Below are positions 38,821 to 49,329 of a stretch of 64,000 bases of DNA, piece after piece. The stretch is from Minisyncoccota bacterium (GTDB taxonomy: Bacteria > Patescibacteriota > Minisyncoccia > Phycocordibacterales > UBA2100). The stretch is taken from positions 20,257-84,256 of the forward strand of contig DATMBM010000010.1 in assembly GCA_035559235.1 (NCBI GenBank). The letters are read 5' to 3'. Each line of letters opens with the position of its first letter. Position 1 is the stretch's first letter. The notes beneath the pieces are model-generated. The model was given only the letters and a program-made list of their open reading frames with translations. It had not been told where the DNA came from and did not search any database. The position numbers and the translations under genes were made by a program.

Positions 38821-40275
38821 ATGCAGGTATTGCCGAAACGACTGAACGGATGGAAAGCGATAGCGGGGGAGATGCGATCCTTTCGAAAACGAGCGGCCCA
38901 AGCGCTGCCGCGACTGGGCACTTATGCCTACTATGCGTTTGTCGCGGCTGTCGGTGCGAGCCTGATTTGGCTCGCGTCCGTTTTTGGTAGCACAAGCTCG
39001 TTTAGTGAAGTCAGACCGGCACTCCAGGCATCCCTCGGCTCGTTCGCGGCGTTTTTTAGCGGCGTTCCGCCACAACAACAAACGGCGCCAGTCACGGTCA
39101 CGGCGCCCGGTCAGGCGATCGCGCTCAACGAATTGGAAATCAAATCGGCCGTCTCGGGACGCGTGGTTTCGATACTCGCGCAGGGGCAGTCTGTCGAAGA
39201 AGGCGATATCGTGGCGCGGCTAAACGACGCGGAAGCGCGTGCCGAACTCAAGAGCGCGGAGGCGTCACTCGCCGCGGCGCAACGAACGCTGGAGCAGGCG
39301 CGAAGCGGCACCGCTGAAGCAAGCGCCGACTCTGCAGAACTCACGGCGGCACGCGATCAGGCGTTTACCGCCCTTTCAAACACGCATGTCAACTTGGCGT
39401 GGATCATGCCGACGCTTACGGACGTCGTTAACGGGCGCGACGTCAGGCAATCGGTGGGAAATATATACGCGTACGCGGATATGGTGTCAGCGCAGTATCC
39501 CGAGATCAGCGGTCCGCGCGAAGCGGCAGCAGACCAGGTGCGCCGTGCAAAGAGCAGTTATGAGGGAATAGTTCAGCGATATCGTGCTATCTCCCGTGCG
39601 TCGTCGCAGGCGGAAATGGAGGGCGTAATCCAGGGGACGTACGAAACGTTGAAAGTGACAGCCGATGCGCTGAAGAGCGTGTCGGATTTTCTTGCGATCG
39701 TGAGAGAGCAGTTCGACGAACAGGGGCAACCGCAACTTGAAAGTATGGCGACACATCAAGGCGCCATTTCAGACGCCTTGGTGACGACCAACGACAGCCT
39801 CGACGAACTGGCGAATGCGACCGAAAATCTGCGCATTGCGCAATCCGGACCGGCGCAGGCCGCACCTGATATCGGCAGCCTGGAAGTCGCGGTTGCGGAG
39901 CGCGAAGCGGCTCTAGCCGCGGCGCGTGCCCGCGTCGAGGCGCATACCGTGAAGGCTCCCATTGCGGGTACGATTGCATCCCCGGTCCGGTCGGGAAATT
40001 CAGTCGTCCCCGGCGAGATTCTGGCGACGATCATGACCAAGGAGTTGGCGGCGCGCATTGCGCTTTCCGAAGCGGATGTCGGGCACGTGCAAGAGGGCGA
40101 TGCTGTTACCGTCACGTTCGACGGCGTCGACGGAGTGTCTCTCCCGGGAGTCGTGCTCGCGGTCGATCCTGTTGCGACCGTCCAAGACGGCGTGGTGCGA
40201 TTTTATGCGATTGTCAGTTACCAGCAGCACGAGCGTGTGCGACCGGGCATGACGGTAACCGCCCGCATCGAGTAG
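38821..40275 (+). CDS. HlyD/efflux membrane-fusion (periplasmic adaptor) protein
   Basis: Lipoyl-like halves (VSGRV...GD.VARL; KAPIAG), long coiled coil, RPGMT. Confidence 0.8.
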   Translation: MQVLPKRLNGWKAIAGEMRSFRKRAAQALPRLGTYAYYAFVAAVGASLIWLASVFGSTSSFSEVRPALQASLGSFAAFFSGVPPQQQTAPVTVTAPGQAIALNELEIKSAVSGRVVSILAQGQSVEEGDIVARLNDAEARAELKSAEASLAAAQRTLEQARSGTAEASADSAELTAARDQAFTALSNTHVNLAWIMPTLTDVVNGRDVRQSVGNIYAYADMVSAQYPEISGPREAAADQVRRAKSSYEGIVQRYRAISRASSQAEMEGVIQGTYETLKVTADALKSVSDFLAIVREQFDEQGQPQLESMATHQGAISDALVTTNDSLDELANATENLRIAQSGPAQAAPDIGSLEVAVAEREAALAAARARVEAHTVKAPIAGTIASPVRSGNSVVPGEILATIMTKELAARIALSEADVGHVQEGDAVTVTFDGVDGVSLPGVVLAVDPVATVQDGVVRFYAIVSYQQHERVRPGMTVTARIE

Positions 40276-40287
40276 TACGGGGTCATG

Positions 40288-41613
40288 CTAGCGGCCGATA
40301 CCGCGATACACGACGCCTGCGTCGATGAATTGCCGCTTGTTCAGGCAGTTTTTCCCGTCGATGACTACGGAAATGCCGTTCTCGAGAAAATGGCGCGGCG
40401 TCAATTCTTTGAATGCACGATGCGCGGTCGCGACTATCGCGCCGAGAGAACCCCGGAGCGTCTCTTCTAATGACGGATGGTGCGAGTGTTCAGGAATGTA
40501 CGGATCGTAGACCGCGGGCGTCGCGCCGCGTACGCGGAGTTCCTCGATGATGCGATGCGACGGACTCTCGCGCATGTCGTCGATGTCCGCCTTGTATGCC
40601 AGGCCAAGGACGGCGATCCGTGCGCCCTGAAGCGCAAGGTTGCGACCGCGAAGCGTACGCTCAAGCAAATCAACCGTGAAGACCGGCATGTGGTTGTTAA
40701 TCTTGCGCGCGAGCGAAAGAAATTCGTGGTCGAACCCGTTCCGTTTTCCTTCGGCGATCAAGTAGTACGGGTCCACGGGAATGCAGTGACCGCCGACGCC
40801 GCACGAGGGATAGTGCGGCATAAACGCGAAGGGCTTTGTCGATGCCGCCTCGATCACGTGCACGATATCGATGCCGAGCCGGTCGAATGAAAGCGCCAGC
40901 TCGTTCACGAAGGCAATGTTGATGTCGCGAAACGTATTCTCGACGATTTTCACTGCCTCGGCTTCTTTGAGGCCGTGCATCGGCTTGATCGCGCCCGTGA
41001 TGATGGACGAATAGAAATCGACCGTGCGCTCCAGGCCGCGCGGCGTGTACGAACCGGCAACGCGATGGATATTCTCGACATGCCAGTCCTTGTCGCCCGG
41101 GTTCACGCGCTCGGGGCAGTGCGAGAGATCGAAATCGATTCCGGCCTTCATGCCGGCGCGCTCGAGGATGGGGAGAACGACGGTTTCGCATATCCCCGGG
41201 TTCACCGTAGATTCAATGACGACCAGCGATCCTGGTGCAAGGTGCGGCGCTATCCCTTCGCACGCACCAATGAGCGGCTCGAGGTCCGGCGAATGGTCGT
41301 CACGCACCGGTGTCGGCACGCAGACGACGACAATCTCGCATTCCCGCACGCGGGAGAAGTCCGTGTATGAGGTGAGCGATGTTTCGCGCAAATCCGCCGC
41401 GATCCGTTCGTCAAAGAAGGGTGATTCTCCGGCATTGATTGAGGCAACGCGCTTCTCGTTGATGTCGATGCCGCGCACGCGATGCCCCTTGCGTGCGGCA
41501 AGAAGCGCGAGCGGCAGCCCGACGTATCCCAATCCAACGACAGCGACGTCATAGGTGCGTCTGTGCACGGTCGGCGCCAGGGTGGCAACAGCATTGTCTG
41601 ATGTCTCCTGCAT
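40288..41613 (-). CDS. Nucleotide-sugar dehydrogenase (UDP-GlcNAc/ManNAc type)
   Basis: GLGYVGLP, CVPTP, ESTV.PG, PERVNPG, VGGHCIP, AYKADIDDMRESP. Confidence 0.92.
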   Translation of the reverse strand: MQETSDNAVATLAPTVHRRTYDVAVVGLGYVGLPLALLAARKGHRVRGIDINEKRVASINAGESPFFDERIAADLRETSLTSYTDFSRVRECEIVVVCVPTPVRDDHSPDLEPLIGACEGIAPHLAPGSLVVIESTVNPGICETVVLPILERAGMKAGIDFDLSHCPERVNPGDKDWHVENIHRVAGSYTPRGLERTVDFYSSIITGAIKPMHGLKEAEAVKIVENTFRDINIAFVNELALSFDRLGIDIVHVIEAASTKPFAFMPHYPSCGVGGHCIPVDPYYLIAEGKRNGFDHEFLSLARKINNHMPVFTVDLLERTLRGRNLALQGARIAVLGLAYKADIDDMRESPSHRIIEELRVRGATPAVYDPYIPEHSHHPSLEETLRGSLGAIVATAHRAFKELTPRHFLENGISVVIDGKNCLNKRQFIDAGVVYRGIGR

Positions 41614-41756
41614 TCAAGCCGCCAGTTTCCCTGAAGCCGAAGCTTGCGCGAAATTGTACCACGACGGGAAGGAGTGCAAGGTGTTCAGACGCACAATCAC
41701 GATGTATAATGCGCCTGCTTCGCAAGGGAAACGGGGCACGTGCCACAACTGTTTCC

Positions 41757-42464
41757 ATGCTCGATCTCACTCGAAAAAGGCTACTCGTTGTCGCTCCGCA
41801 TCCGGACGATGAGATTTTTGGCTGTGGCGGCCTTATCCAGCGCGTCAAGGCGGAGGGCGGGAAAGTATACGTGCTCTATCTCACGGTCGGCGCAACAAAG
41901 GATTTCTCGAAAAAAGGGAGTTCCGGACCGGATGAGCGCATCCGAGAGATACGTCGTGTCGTAAAGCGCATGCGCATCGACGGCTTCCATATCGCGTTTC
42001 CGGGGGACGAATACATGTTACAGCTCGACCATATGCCACAGCGCACGCTCATCAACGAAATTGAGCGCGGACGCTTATCGCTCGAGACCTTGAAGCCGCA
42101 GGTCCTTGCGTTTCCCTCGTTTGCCGATTACAACCAGGACCACCGCGCCGCAAACGAGGCGTGCATCGCCGCAACGCGCCCGGTCAACGGCTCCTTCAAG
42201 CACACACCGCGCATGCTGCTTGAATACGAGCTGCCGTACACGGGCTGGAGTCCGACGTCCGGGCGCGAGCCGAATTTTTTCCTGCCGCTTGATGACGCGG
42301 CGCTTTCCGCGAAGCGGGAGGCCTTGAAGCTCTATGCGTCGCAGATGAAAACAAAAAAGGGGCCTATTTCGGTTTATGCCTCCGAGCAACTTGCCAAGAT
42401 GCGCGGCGTTCTCTCGGGCGTCGACGCCGCGGAGGCGTATGTGCTGCGCCGCCTTCTCGTCTAA
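41757..42464 (+). CDS. PIG-L family deacetylase
   Basis: APHPDDE, NQDH, YASQ. Confidence 0.88.
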   Translation: MLDLTRKRLLVVAPHPDDEIFGCGGLIQRVKAEGGKVYVLYLTVGATKDFSKKGSSGPDERIREIRRVVKRMRIDGFHIAFPGDEYMLQLDHMPQRTLINEIERGRLSLETLKPQVLAFPSFADYNQDHRAANEACIAATRPVNGSFKHTPRMLLEYELPYTGWSPTSGREPNFFLPLDDAALSAKREALKLYASQMKTKKGPISVYASEQLAKMRGVLSGVDAAEAYVLRRLLV

Positions 42465-42470
42465 CCTGTT

Positions 42471-43313
42471 ATGAGCACGCGACTCGTCGGATACCAACCG
42501 CAGTATTTTCCAAGATTGCACTACTATGCACGCATTCTGAATGCCGACATCTTTAAGATTTCGGATAATCTGCAATATGTGCGACGTCACGCGTATCCAT
42601 CGTCCGACGGAACGAGGCATAACGGCCCGTCCTATCAGGCGCACTCACCGATAAAAACTTCGCAAGGGATGTACCTCTTGGACGTACCCACGAGCCACGT
42701 ACTGCCGCAGCGTGAGCGCATGATGAATACGGTGAGCTTGGATTACTCGAAAGAGTGGCCGCGCAAACATATACGGATTCTCGAGCTGAATTATGGAAGG
42801 GCGCCGTTCTTCAAGAAGCTCATGCCCGGCATCACCGCGCTTCTGAATCAACCGTACGAAAATTTGGCTGCGTGCACCATTGCGAGCATGGTTTGGGGGC
42901 TCGCGGTTCTTTTCGAATTTCCCGTCGCACTGTTCGAGTCCGTGCCCGCCGAACTCGTCGCAATGTTTTCACATCACGGATTTCGCCTGAAGAAAATTGT
43001 GAGAATGTCCGAAGAAGAACTACACCCGGCGGACAAGACGAGCGGAGAAGACGTCAATAGCTGGATAGTGCATCAATGCCGCGCGCTCGGCGCAACCGAA
43101 TATTACTTTGGGGGCACGGCGGGAGCGGCGTATCTCGATCTCGAGCGCATCGCCCGTTCTGGCATTACGCTCGTACAGCAGAACTGGCACTGCGAAGAAT
43201 ACCCGCAGCAGTTCCCGCGGCACGGCTTCATGCCAAACCTCTCCATTCTTGATTTACTGATGAATGTTTCTCCGGCAGCGGCGCGGGCGATTCTCGCGAC
43301 GCCCAACCAATAG
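42471..43313 (+). CDS. WbqC family protein, paralog 1
   Basis: YQPQYFP, Y.QQ...F.PNLSILDLLMN. Confidence 0.85.
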   Translation: MSTRLVGYQPQYFPRLHYYARILNADIFKISDNLQYVRRHAYPSSDGTRHNGPSYQAHSPIKTSQGMYLLDVPTSHVLPQRERMMNTVSLDYSKEWPRKHIRILELNYGRAPFFKKLMPGITALLNQPYENLAACTIASMVWGLAVLFEFPVALFESVPAELVAMFSHHGFRLKKIVRMSEEELHPADKTSGEDVNSWIVHQCRALGATEYYFGGTAGAAYLDLERIARSGITLVQQNWHCEEYPQQFPRHGFMPNLSILDLLMNVSPAAARAILATPNQ

Positions 43314-43368
43314 TATGGAGCATCTTTTTTTTCTAGAGGTTGCGAATTTTGAATTCGCACACGTGCTT

Positions 43369-44220
43369 ATGGCGCTTTCAATTCGACTTACCGGTTACCA
43401 GCCGCAGTATTTTCCCCGATTACACTACTTCGCGCGCATCCTTGATTCCGATATTTTTACCATCTCCGATTATTTACAATATGTGCGAAAGCACACCTAT
43501 CCGAATCCTGACGGCACGACGCATCGCGGCGTCTCGTATCAGGCTCATACGCCCATAAAGACGGCGCAAGGAGCGTTCATGCTCGACATTCCCGTCAAAA
43601 AAGGGGGAGAGCAGGGTCGGCAGAGCCTGAATGAAGCCGAAATCGACTACGCCTCAGCGTGGCAGCAGAAAAACATCAATAGCATTCACCACAACTACCA
43701 CCGGGCCACAAACTACTCCGCGGTTTTCCCGTCGCTCTCGCTCGTGATGATGCAGCGGTACGGCTCGCTCGCCGAGTGCACCATCGAGTCGATGCTCTGG
43801 GCGCTGAGCATGATCCTCGAAGTGCCGTGCTATCGACCAAAAGGACCGACGCTCGCGCAGATTAACGATGCACTGGCGCAAAGTCCCTTTCGCCTGAGGC
43901 GCATCGTGCGAATGTCGGAGACACCGATTCTTCCGGCCGACAAGGAGAAGCGGGACGCCAACGATTGGCTGGTGGAGACGTGCGCGTACTTTAACGCCGA
44001 TGAATACTATTTCGGCGGGACGAGCGCGGCTGCCTACATGGACTTTTCGCGGTTTGAGAAGGCGGGCATTGCGCTCGTGCGGCAGCAGTGGACGTGCGCG
44101 CCGTATCGGCAGCAGCATGGTGAGTTCATTCCGAACCTTTCCATTATCGATCTCCTCATGAACGTGCCGGTTGCAGAGGCGCGCGAGATTCTTCACCCAA
44201 AGAGTGCCGCGGAACGCTAA
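43369..44220 (+). CDS. WbqC family protein, paralog 2
   Basis: YQPQYFP, YRQQHGEFIPNLSIIDLLMN. Confidence 0.85.
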   Translation: MALSIRLTGYQPQYFPRLHYFARILDSDIFTISDYLQYVRKHTYPNPDGTTHRGVSYQAHTPIKTAQGAFMLDIPVKKGGEQGRQSLNEAEIDYASAWQQKNINSIHHNYHRATNYSAVFPSLSLVMMQRYGSLAECTIESMLWALSMILEVPCYRPKGPTLAQINDALAQSPFRLRRIVRMSETPILPADKEKRDANDWLVETCAYFNADEYYFGGTSAAAYMDFSRFEKAGIALVRQQWTCAPYRQQHGEFIPNLSIIDLLMNVPVAEAREILHPKSAAER

Positions 44221-44229
44221 GATGCGCCT

Positions 44230-45351
44230 ATGCTGAAGTATGTTGGCGTCGCAGCAGTGCTTGTGCTTGGTGCGATGATAATCTTCCAAAATTTTCGCGT
44301 GCAGCCCGAGCCGGTTGCCGCGCCCGCGCGCGAAGAGGTACGAGAAGCCGCGGAGGAGCGGGTGCCAAGTGCTCGCGAGCAGGCGCACGAACGCACGGGA
44401 GCGACGCTCGTATTTGGTGCAATTCCTTACTGGGACCAGGCCCGCGCGACCGCAATGTTTAAAAAACATGTGGAAGATATCGACGCGGTCGCACTGTTTT
44501 GGTACCGCCTTAATCGAGATGGTTCTATCGGAAAGTATCAAAACGCCCGCGAGGACCAGTCGCTCATCGAGTTTGCGCATCAGCACGGCGTCGCCGTGTA
44601 TGCGCTGGTCGCGAATTTGCCGGAGAGCGGGGATTGGGATCGGGAGCGTGTCGCTGCCGCCATCGGAACACCCGAGGCGCGCGCAGCGCACATTCAGTCG
44701 CTTGTTGCGCTCGCGCGCGAAAAAAATTTTGACGGCATCAATATTGACTACGAATTTTTGAGTGACGCACAGACCGATGACTTTACGACGTTCATCAACG
44801 AGCTTGGCGCGGCACTCCGCGCCGAAGGGAAAAAACTTAAAGTCGCTATTCACGCGCAGCGACCAGGCTCCGAGACCCGCGGACAAGACATTGCAGCACT
44901 CACCGGCGCGGATTATCTCGCGTTTATGACGTACGACCAGCATTGGGAGACGTCTGACCCGGGCGCGAACGCCGAAATTGGGTGGACGCGCGAAGTCTTG
45001 GAACATGCAGCACGACTCGGCGTGCCGATGAACAAGATCCTCCTCGGCATTCCGCTCGATGGCTACAATTGGCGTGGGGAGGACGGTGATTGGGAAGAAG
45101 CCGAGGGAGTCGATTACGTAAGCGCACTCGAACTTGCTGATGCCGAAGGTGCGACCGTCCGCTATGACGAAAGCGTCGAAGCGCCGTATTTCACGTTTGG
45201 AAACAGCGATGGCAGCGAGAACGAAGTATGGTTTGAAAATGTGCAGAGTTTTCGGCCCAAGTACGAACTTGCGAAAGAATTCGGCCTCGCGGGCGTCGCA
45301 TTGTGGAAATTCGGCGCGGAAGATGAGCGGATTTATGATGTGATTGAGTAG
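44230..45351 (+). CDS. Membrane-anchored glycoside hydrolase family 18
   Basis: FDGINIDYE, MTYDQH, VWFEN, GVALW. Confidence 0.88.
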   Translation: MLKYVGVAAVLVLGAMIIFQNFRVQPEPVAAPAREEVREAAEERVPSAREQAHERTGATLVFGAIPYWDQARATAMFKKHVEDIDAVALFWYRLNRDGSIGKYQNAREDQSLIEFAHQHGVAVYALVANLPESGDWDRERVAAAIGTPEARAAHIQSLVALAREKNFDGINIDYEFLSDAQTDDFTTFINELGAALRAEGKKLKVAIHAQRPGSETRGQDIAALTGADYLAFMTYDQHWETSDPGANAEIGWTREVLEHAARLGVPMNKILLGIPLDGYNWRGEDGDWEEAEGVDYVSALELADAEGATVRYDESVEAPYFTFGNSDGSENEVWFENVQSFRPKYELAKEFGLAGVALWKFGAEDERIYDVIE

Positions 45352-45394
45352 CTTTCCATTTTTCGCAATATAGTAATATCGTAGCGCAGGCAGA

Positions 45395-45673
45395 TTAACG
45401 AGCACGTCCGATCCCCCCGAAGACGCCGATCGTCGCATCCACGGTGGATTTCGCGGCATTGAGATCGAACACGTCGGCACTGTGCGTGGCGCATTCAACG
45501 CCCATTGATTCGATCGTGCGCTTTGCGTTCTCGAGGCGTGGGATCGATACGTCGCACAGCATAATCTTCATGCCCGTGCGCGCCAGTGCTTCAGCACAAC
45601 CGAAGCCGATACCCGGACGGCCTTCTTCAAGGCCAGATCCTGTAACGAGCGCAACGTTTCCTTTGAGTTCCAT
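45395..45673 (-). pseudogene. N-terminal fragment of an SDR oxidoreductase
   Basis: LKGNVALVTG...GIG; FGGI then DVLVN in another frame; catalytic half absent. Confidence 0.7.
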
Positions 45674-45740
45674 GGTAGATGCTCCTATAGGTTTTCCCCA
45701 GCGGCACTATACCTACATTGCCACTCACACGCAATGAAGA

Positions 45741-45767
45741 GGGCGGGAACCCTGGTGGTTCCCGCCC
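45741..45767 (-). terminator. Terminator-like hairpin
   Basis: GGGCGGGAACC-CTGGT-GGTTCCCGCCC. Confidence 0.6.
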
Positions 45768-45774
45768 GACGCGC

Positions 45775-46464
45775 CTACGCGCGATGTTGTGCAATAAGAT
45801 CTTTCACGGCAGTCTTGAACTCCGGCAATTTTTCCTTGATGTCGAAGATGCCGCGGAGGATTGTGCCGACCGGTTCCGGATCGCCGGGCGGAGGTTCGAA
45901 GATCACCACGTCGGCAGCCCTTTGATCTGGATGGCACACATCCGATTGCTCGCCGACGAGACGGATTTTGCCAAAAAGCCCCAGCTCCTCCAAGATATGT
46001 TCGCCATGCCCGATGCATCGTGAGATGAACGGTGGATCGGCGACTAGGACGATTTCGCTGATGCCCGCATCCCGGCAAAATGGAATGGCGTACCGAAGTT
46101 CGCCAATCGTGTTCTTGGGCTCGAGCATCGGCTTCGCAATCCGCCGGATCCGGTTCTTGAGGCGCCACCGATTGAGCTTCGATAGACGCTCAAGTCCGTC
46201 AAATTCGAAGAGCTTAGAGAAGTTGTCCAGTATGTACTGGATCGTGTACTCCGATTCCTTGAGTTCACGCCCGCGATACTCTTTCGATGTTGCACCAGAC
46301 CCAAAGAGCAAGTGTGATGCGTGCGGATACTTATCAGCGTACAGCTGAATCGCCCGTGAGGCACGACCGAGTAGTTTCGGCGGTTTGCCGAAAATCATGT
46401 CTTCCCAATCTTTCGCGCGGAGCGACAGACCATGTGCCACAAGCGCCGTCTCTCTAGTAGGCAT
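45775..46464 (-). CDS. Hypothetical protein, possibly YdcF/DUF218-like
   Basis: LFGSG, ESE, KNT..EL, IVLVAD...SR pattern. Confidence 0.55.
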   Translation of the reverse strand: MPTRETALVAHGLSLRAKDWEDMIFGKPPKLLGRASRAIQLYADKYPHASHLLFGSGATSKEYRGRELKESEYTIQYILDNFSKLFEFDGLERLSKLNRWRLKNRIRRIAKPMLEPKNTIGELRYAIPFCRDAGISEIVLVADPPFISRCIGHGEHILEELGLFGKIRLVGEQSDVCHPDQRAADVVIFEPPPGDPEPVGTILRGIFDIKEKLPEFKTAVKDLIAQHRA

Positions 46465-46542
46465 TTCGCATTCTCCGTAATGTCGCCTGACGAGGTTCGA
46501 CAGGACTTGCGGCACCCTATCACGTGAGATTGCTGCAGGCAA

Positions 46543-48267
46543 TTACGACGCCTTTTCAGCGTAGGCGATGCGTGCAGGGCTTTTCCAGCGACCGTCGGCA
46601 CTCGGGGGCACGAAAAGACCGGTGATCATGGTGCGCATGAACACAATGGCCTCAAGGTAGCGAAGCGGGAAGAATCCGAAGGCGTACACGAGAAGCAATG
46701 GCTTCCGTTCAAGCACAGTGATGAAAATGGTTATTAGGTAGTCGAGAACGAACACGGATACGATAATCGTGTAGAGGGTCATATTGGATACAAGGAATTC
46801 TCCCGGGATCGGAGCGTCAAAGATTTTGGTTGCGCCGTACAGCAAGAGGAGGAAGGGAAGAGCAAGCGATATGAGCGATGCAATGATGAGTTCGACCGCG
46901 AAAATCGCCATGGTCGTCCAAAAAAAGCTGAACCAAATGCCGTGTCTCCGTACGGTCTGCCAGAACCCGAGGTACCAGCGACTGATCTGTCGGTGAAAAT
47001 CGTGGAGGGAATATGGCTCCTGATCGATGACAATCGCGTACGGGCAATAAGCAATCTTACCCAGGCGCTTATGATGCACTTCGAACGTCATGTTGAAATC
47101 CTCGATGATGAGATCGGGAACATCGATATCGATTTTTCGCAGTACGCTCGTGCGGTAGATGCTGCTGCCCCCCGGAATAATCGGTGTTACGTTCATCGGG
47201 CGCCATGTCTGGCCGTACCGGATCGTAAATTGAAGTACGCGCCATAGTTGGACTCGGTACGCCGTAAAAAGCATGTCCCAGCGCGGAAGATAGTGTGTAG
47301 GCCAGTGCGGCACGGCGCGGCCGACAATTGCCGCCGTCTCGGGGTCGTCGAACTGCGGGAGCGTCCGTTTGAAATAATCAGGAGCGATTTTGAGATCGGC
47401 ATCCATGATGAGAACCGCCTTGTAGCGTTCGTACAAATTATGCGTTTTCAGCATATAGGTAAGCGCTCGTGCTTTGCCTCGGTTTGGCTGGATATCTTCG
47501 GCTGTACACCCGAGTGACCGGGCGATTTTGACCGTATCATCCGTTGAACCGTCGCTCGCGATATAAATGTGTTTCGCGGACGTGTTTTGGAGAATCGACA
47601 TGACAGTGCTTTCGATCGTAAGTGCTTCATTGTGCGCCGCTATAAGGACGGCAACTTCTTCAGGCTGAACACGGGCCGCTTTCGCTTTCGCCTTACGCGC
47701 GCTTGCTCGTTCGCGCTCAAGCGCGTTTAAGGCATATGCCATGTGGCCGCCGAGAAACGACGCGAGGACTGTGACAATGATCCACACACCTTCCCAAAAC
47801 AAGGCCTCACCGGTAAAAACGAACTCAATCCCGGCGAGAACCAAGAGCACAATGCCTGATACGATTGAACCGAATCCGACAAGCCCGGCGACCGCATACG
47901 GATTGTCGATATAGATGCGCGTCGCAAGATAGCTGCCAAGCGTCGTGCAACCGAGCCAGATGATGAGAAGGGCGAGGGCAAGTGAGAGAAATGTCTCTTC
48001 GGTCGTAAGCATCGCGTCGAACGGGCCGAACGTCAAAAGGAAAAGGAGAAAAAGCGAAAGACTAACGCCAACTCCACCGAGGCATGCGACCGTGAGATGC
48101 AAGAGGGATCGCCCATGGTGCGATTCTCGCAATTCATGAATGGTCTCGAAGACAAATCGAAGGCACCCCATGAGGATCCAAAACGGGTAGCTGATGCCGA
48201 ACATCTGGAAAACCCCGAACATACGGCTATCCTGCGAGTTGCGCAGACAAAACGCAAACCGGCGCAC
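46543..48267 (-). CDS. Membrane GT2 glycosyltransferase, processive polysaccharide-synthase-like
   Basis: AHNE, DGSTD, GKARA, DAD, IED, QISRW (QxxRW); TM helices on both sides. Confidence 0.88.
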   Translation of the reverse strand: MRRFAFCLRNSQDSRMFGVFQMFGISYPFWILMGCLRFVFETIHELRESHHGRSLLHLTVACLGGVGVSLSLFLLFLLTFGPFDAMLTTEETFLSLALALLIIWLGCTTLGSYLATRIYIDNPYAVAGLVGFGSIVSGIVLLVLAGIEFVFTGEALFWEGVWIIVTVLASFLGGHMAYALNALERERASARKAKAKAARVQPEEVAVLIAAHNEALTIESTVMSILQNTSAKHIYIASDGSTDDTVKIARSLGCTAEDIQPNRGKARALTYMLKTHNLYERYKAVLIMDADLKIAPDYFKRTLPQFDDPETAAIVGRAVPHWPTHYLPRWDMLFTAYRVQLWRVLQFTIRYGQTWRPMNVTPIIPGGSSIYRTSVLRKIDIDVPDLIIEDFNMTFEVHHKRLGKIAYCPYAIVIDQEPYSLHDFHRQISRWYLGFWQTVRRHGIWFSFFWTTMAIFAVELIIASLISLALPFLLLLYGATKIFDAPIPGEFLVSNMTLYTIIVSVFVLDYLITIFITVLERKPLLLVYAFGFFPLRYLEAIVFMRTMITGLFVPPSADGRWKSPARIAYAEKAS

Positions 48268-48300
48268 CTGCGCGCAACAACCTCCGGGGGTTGTTGATTT

Positions 48301-49329
48301 TCATACGACTGGGGCAAGTTTGATTGCCGGGGCGTCTTCAAGCACTTCTTCACGAGTCCGTTCGTCAGAAGCTTGCGCGACTACTGAGCTTACTGTCTCA
48401 ATGTGAAGGCCGATCATCTTCTGCAGGCCAATCGTAATTTCGACCTCTTGTTGCCAGCCGAGCTGTTTGGCTTTCTCAATCGACGGCTTGCGGTGCCGAT
48501 GATCCTCAATAAAGTGCGGCACGTACTCAATGCCCTCGTCGTGCGAAGTCAATTCGATGACGAGTTCGGCAAGCTCGCGCACCGTCATCGGATGCTCGCT
48601 GCCGATGTTGTACGCCTCGCCGGGGAGGCCTTTGTCCATGACCAACCGAATCCCGCGCACGAGGTCGTCGACATACAGGTGTGTGCGCGTTTGCGAGCCG
48701 TCGCCGTAGACGCGCAGCGGCTCCTTCCGCAGGACGCTCGAAATGAACTGCGGGATGACCCGTCGGTCCGAAAGCGACATGCCGGGGCCGTAGGTATTGA
48801 AGACGCGCACGACTCGCGCGTCGAGTCCGTGGTAGCGGACGTACGCCGCCAAGCAGCTTTCCGAAAAACGCTTACCTTCCTCATAGGCGCTCCTGATTCC
48901 CATCGGGTGCACGTTGCCGGTATAGTCCTCATCTTGAGGCGTTCGCTCAGGCTGTCCGTAAATTTCCGCGGTTGATGTGAACACCATCTTTGCCTCATGT
49001 TGCTTGGCGAGTTCCAACACGTTGAACATACCGTACGAGCACGCATGCAGCATCTCTGTGGCAAGGCGTGTCAGGTTCGGGACGCCCGTCGGGCAGGCGA
49101 GGTGGTAGATGTAATCGAGCCGCGTCGGGAATAATTGCGCGAGCGCTGGATTCGCGATGTCGAACTCGTAAAAAATAAAGTTGTCGTGCTGCGAGAGCGC
49201 AGCAACATTGTTTCGGTTGCCGGTGACAAGATTGTCGACGCAGTGGACGATGTGTCCTTCGTCGAGTAGTGATTTGCAAAGGTTGGAGCCGATGAATCCG
49301 GCCCCTCCGGTGACAAGGATAGATGCCAT
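48301..49329 (-). CDS. NAD-dependent epimerase/dehydratase, UDP-glucuronate decarboxylase-like
   Basis: TGGAGFIGS, HLACP, YEEGKR, FNTYGP, GDGSQTR. Confidence 0.9.
   Translation of the reverse strand: MASILVTGGAGFIGSNLCKSLLDEGHIVHCVDNLVTGNRNNVAALSQHDNFIFYEFDIANPALAQLFPTRLDYIYHLACPTGVPNLTRLATEMLHACSYGMFNVLELAKQHEAKMVFTSTAEIYGQPERTPQDEDYTGNVHPMGIRSAYEEGKRFSESCLAAYVRYHGLDARVVRVFNTYGPGMSLSDRRVIPQFISSVLRKEPLRVYGDGSQTRTHLYVDDLVRGIRLVMDKGLPGEAYNIGSEHPMTVRELAELVIELTSHDEGIEYVPHFIEDHRHRKPSIEKAKQLGWQQEVEITIGLQKMIGLHIETVSSVVAQASDERTREEVLEDAPAIKLAPVV

Noticed and set aside
43654-45498. Long antisense ORFs (614 aa here; also 31836-33344, 7040-8389, 2048-3211)
   Set aside because: They shadow well-supported genes on the opposite strand, which is expected in GC-rich DNA, and show no motifs
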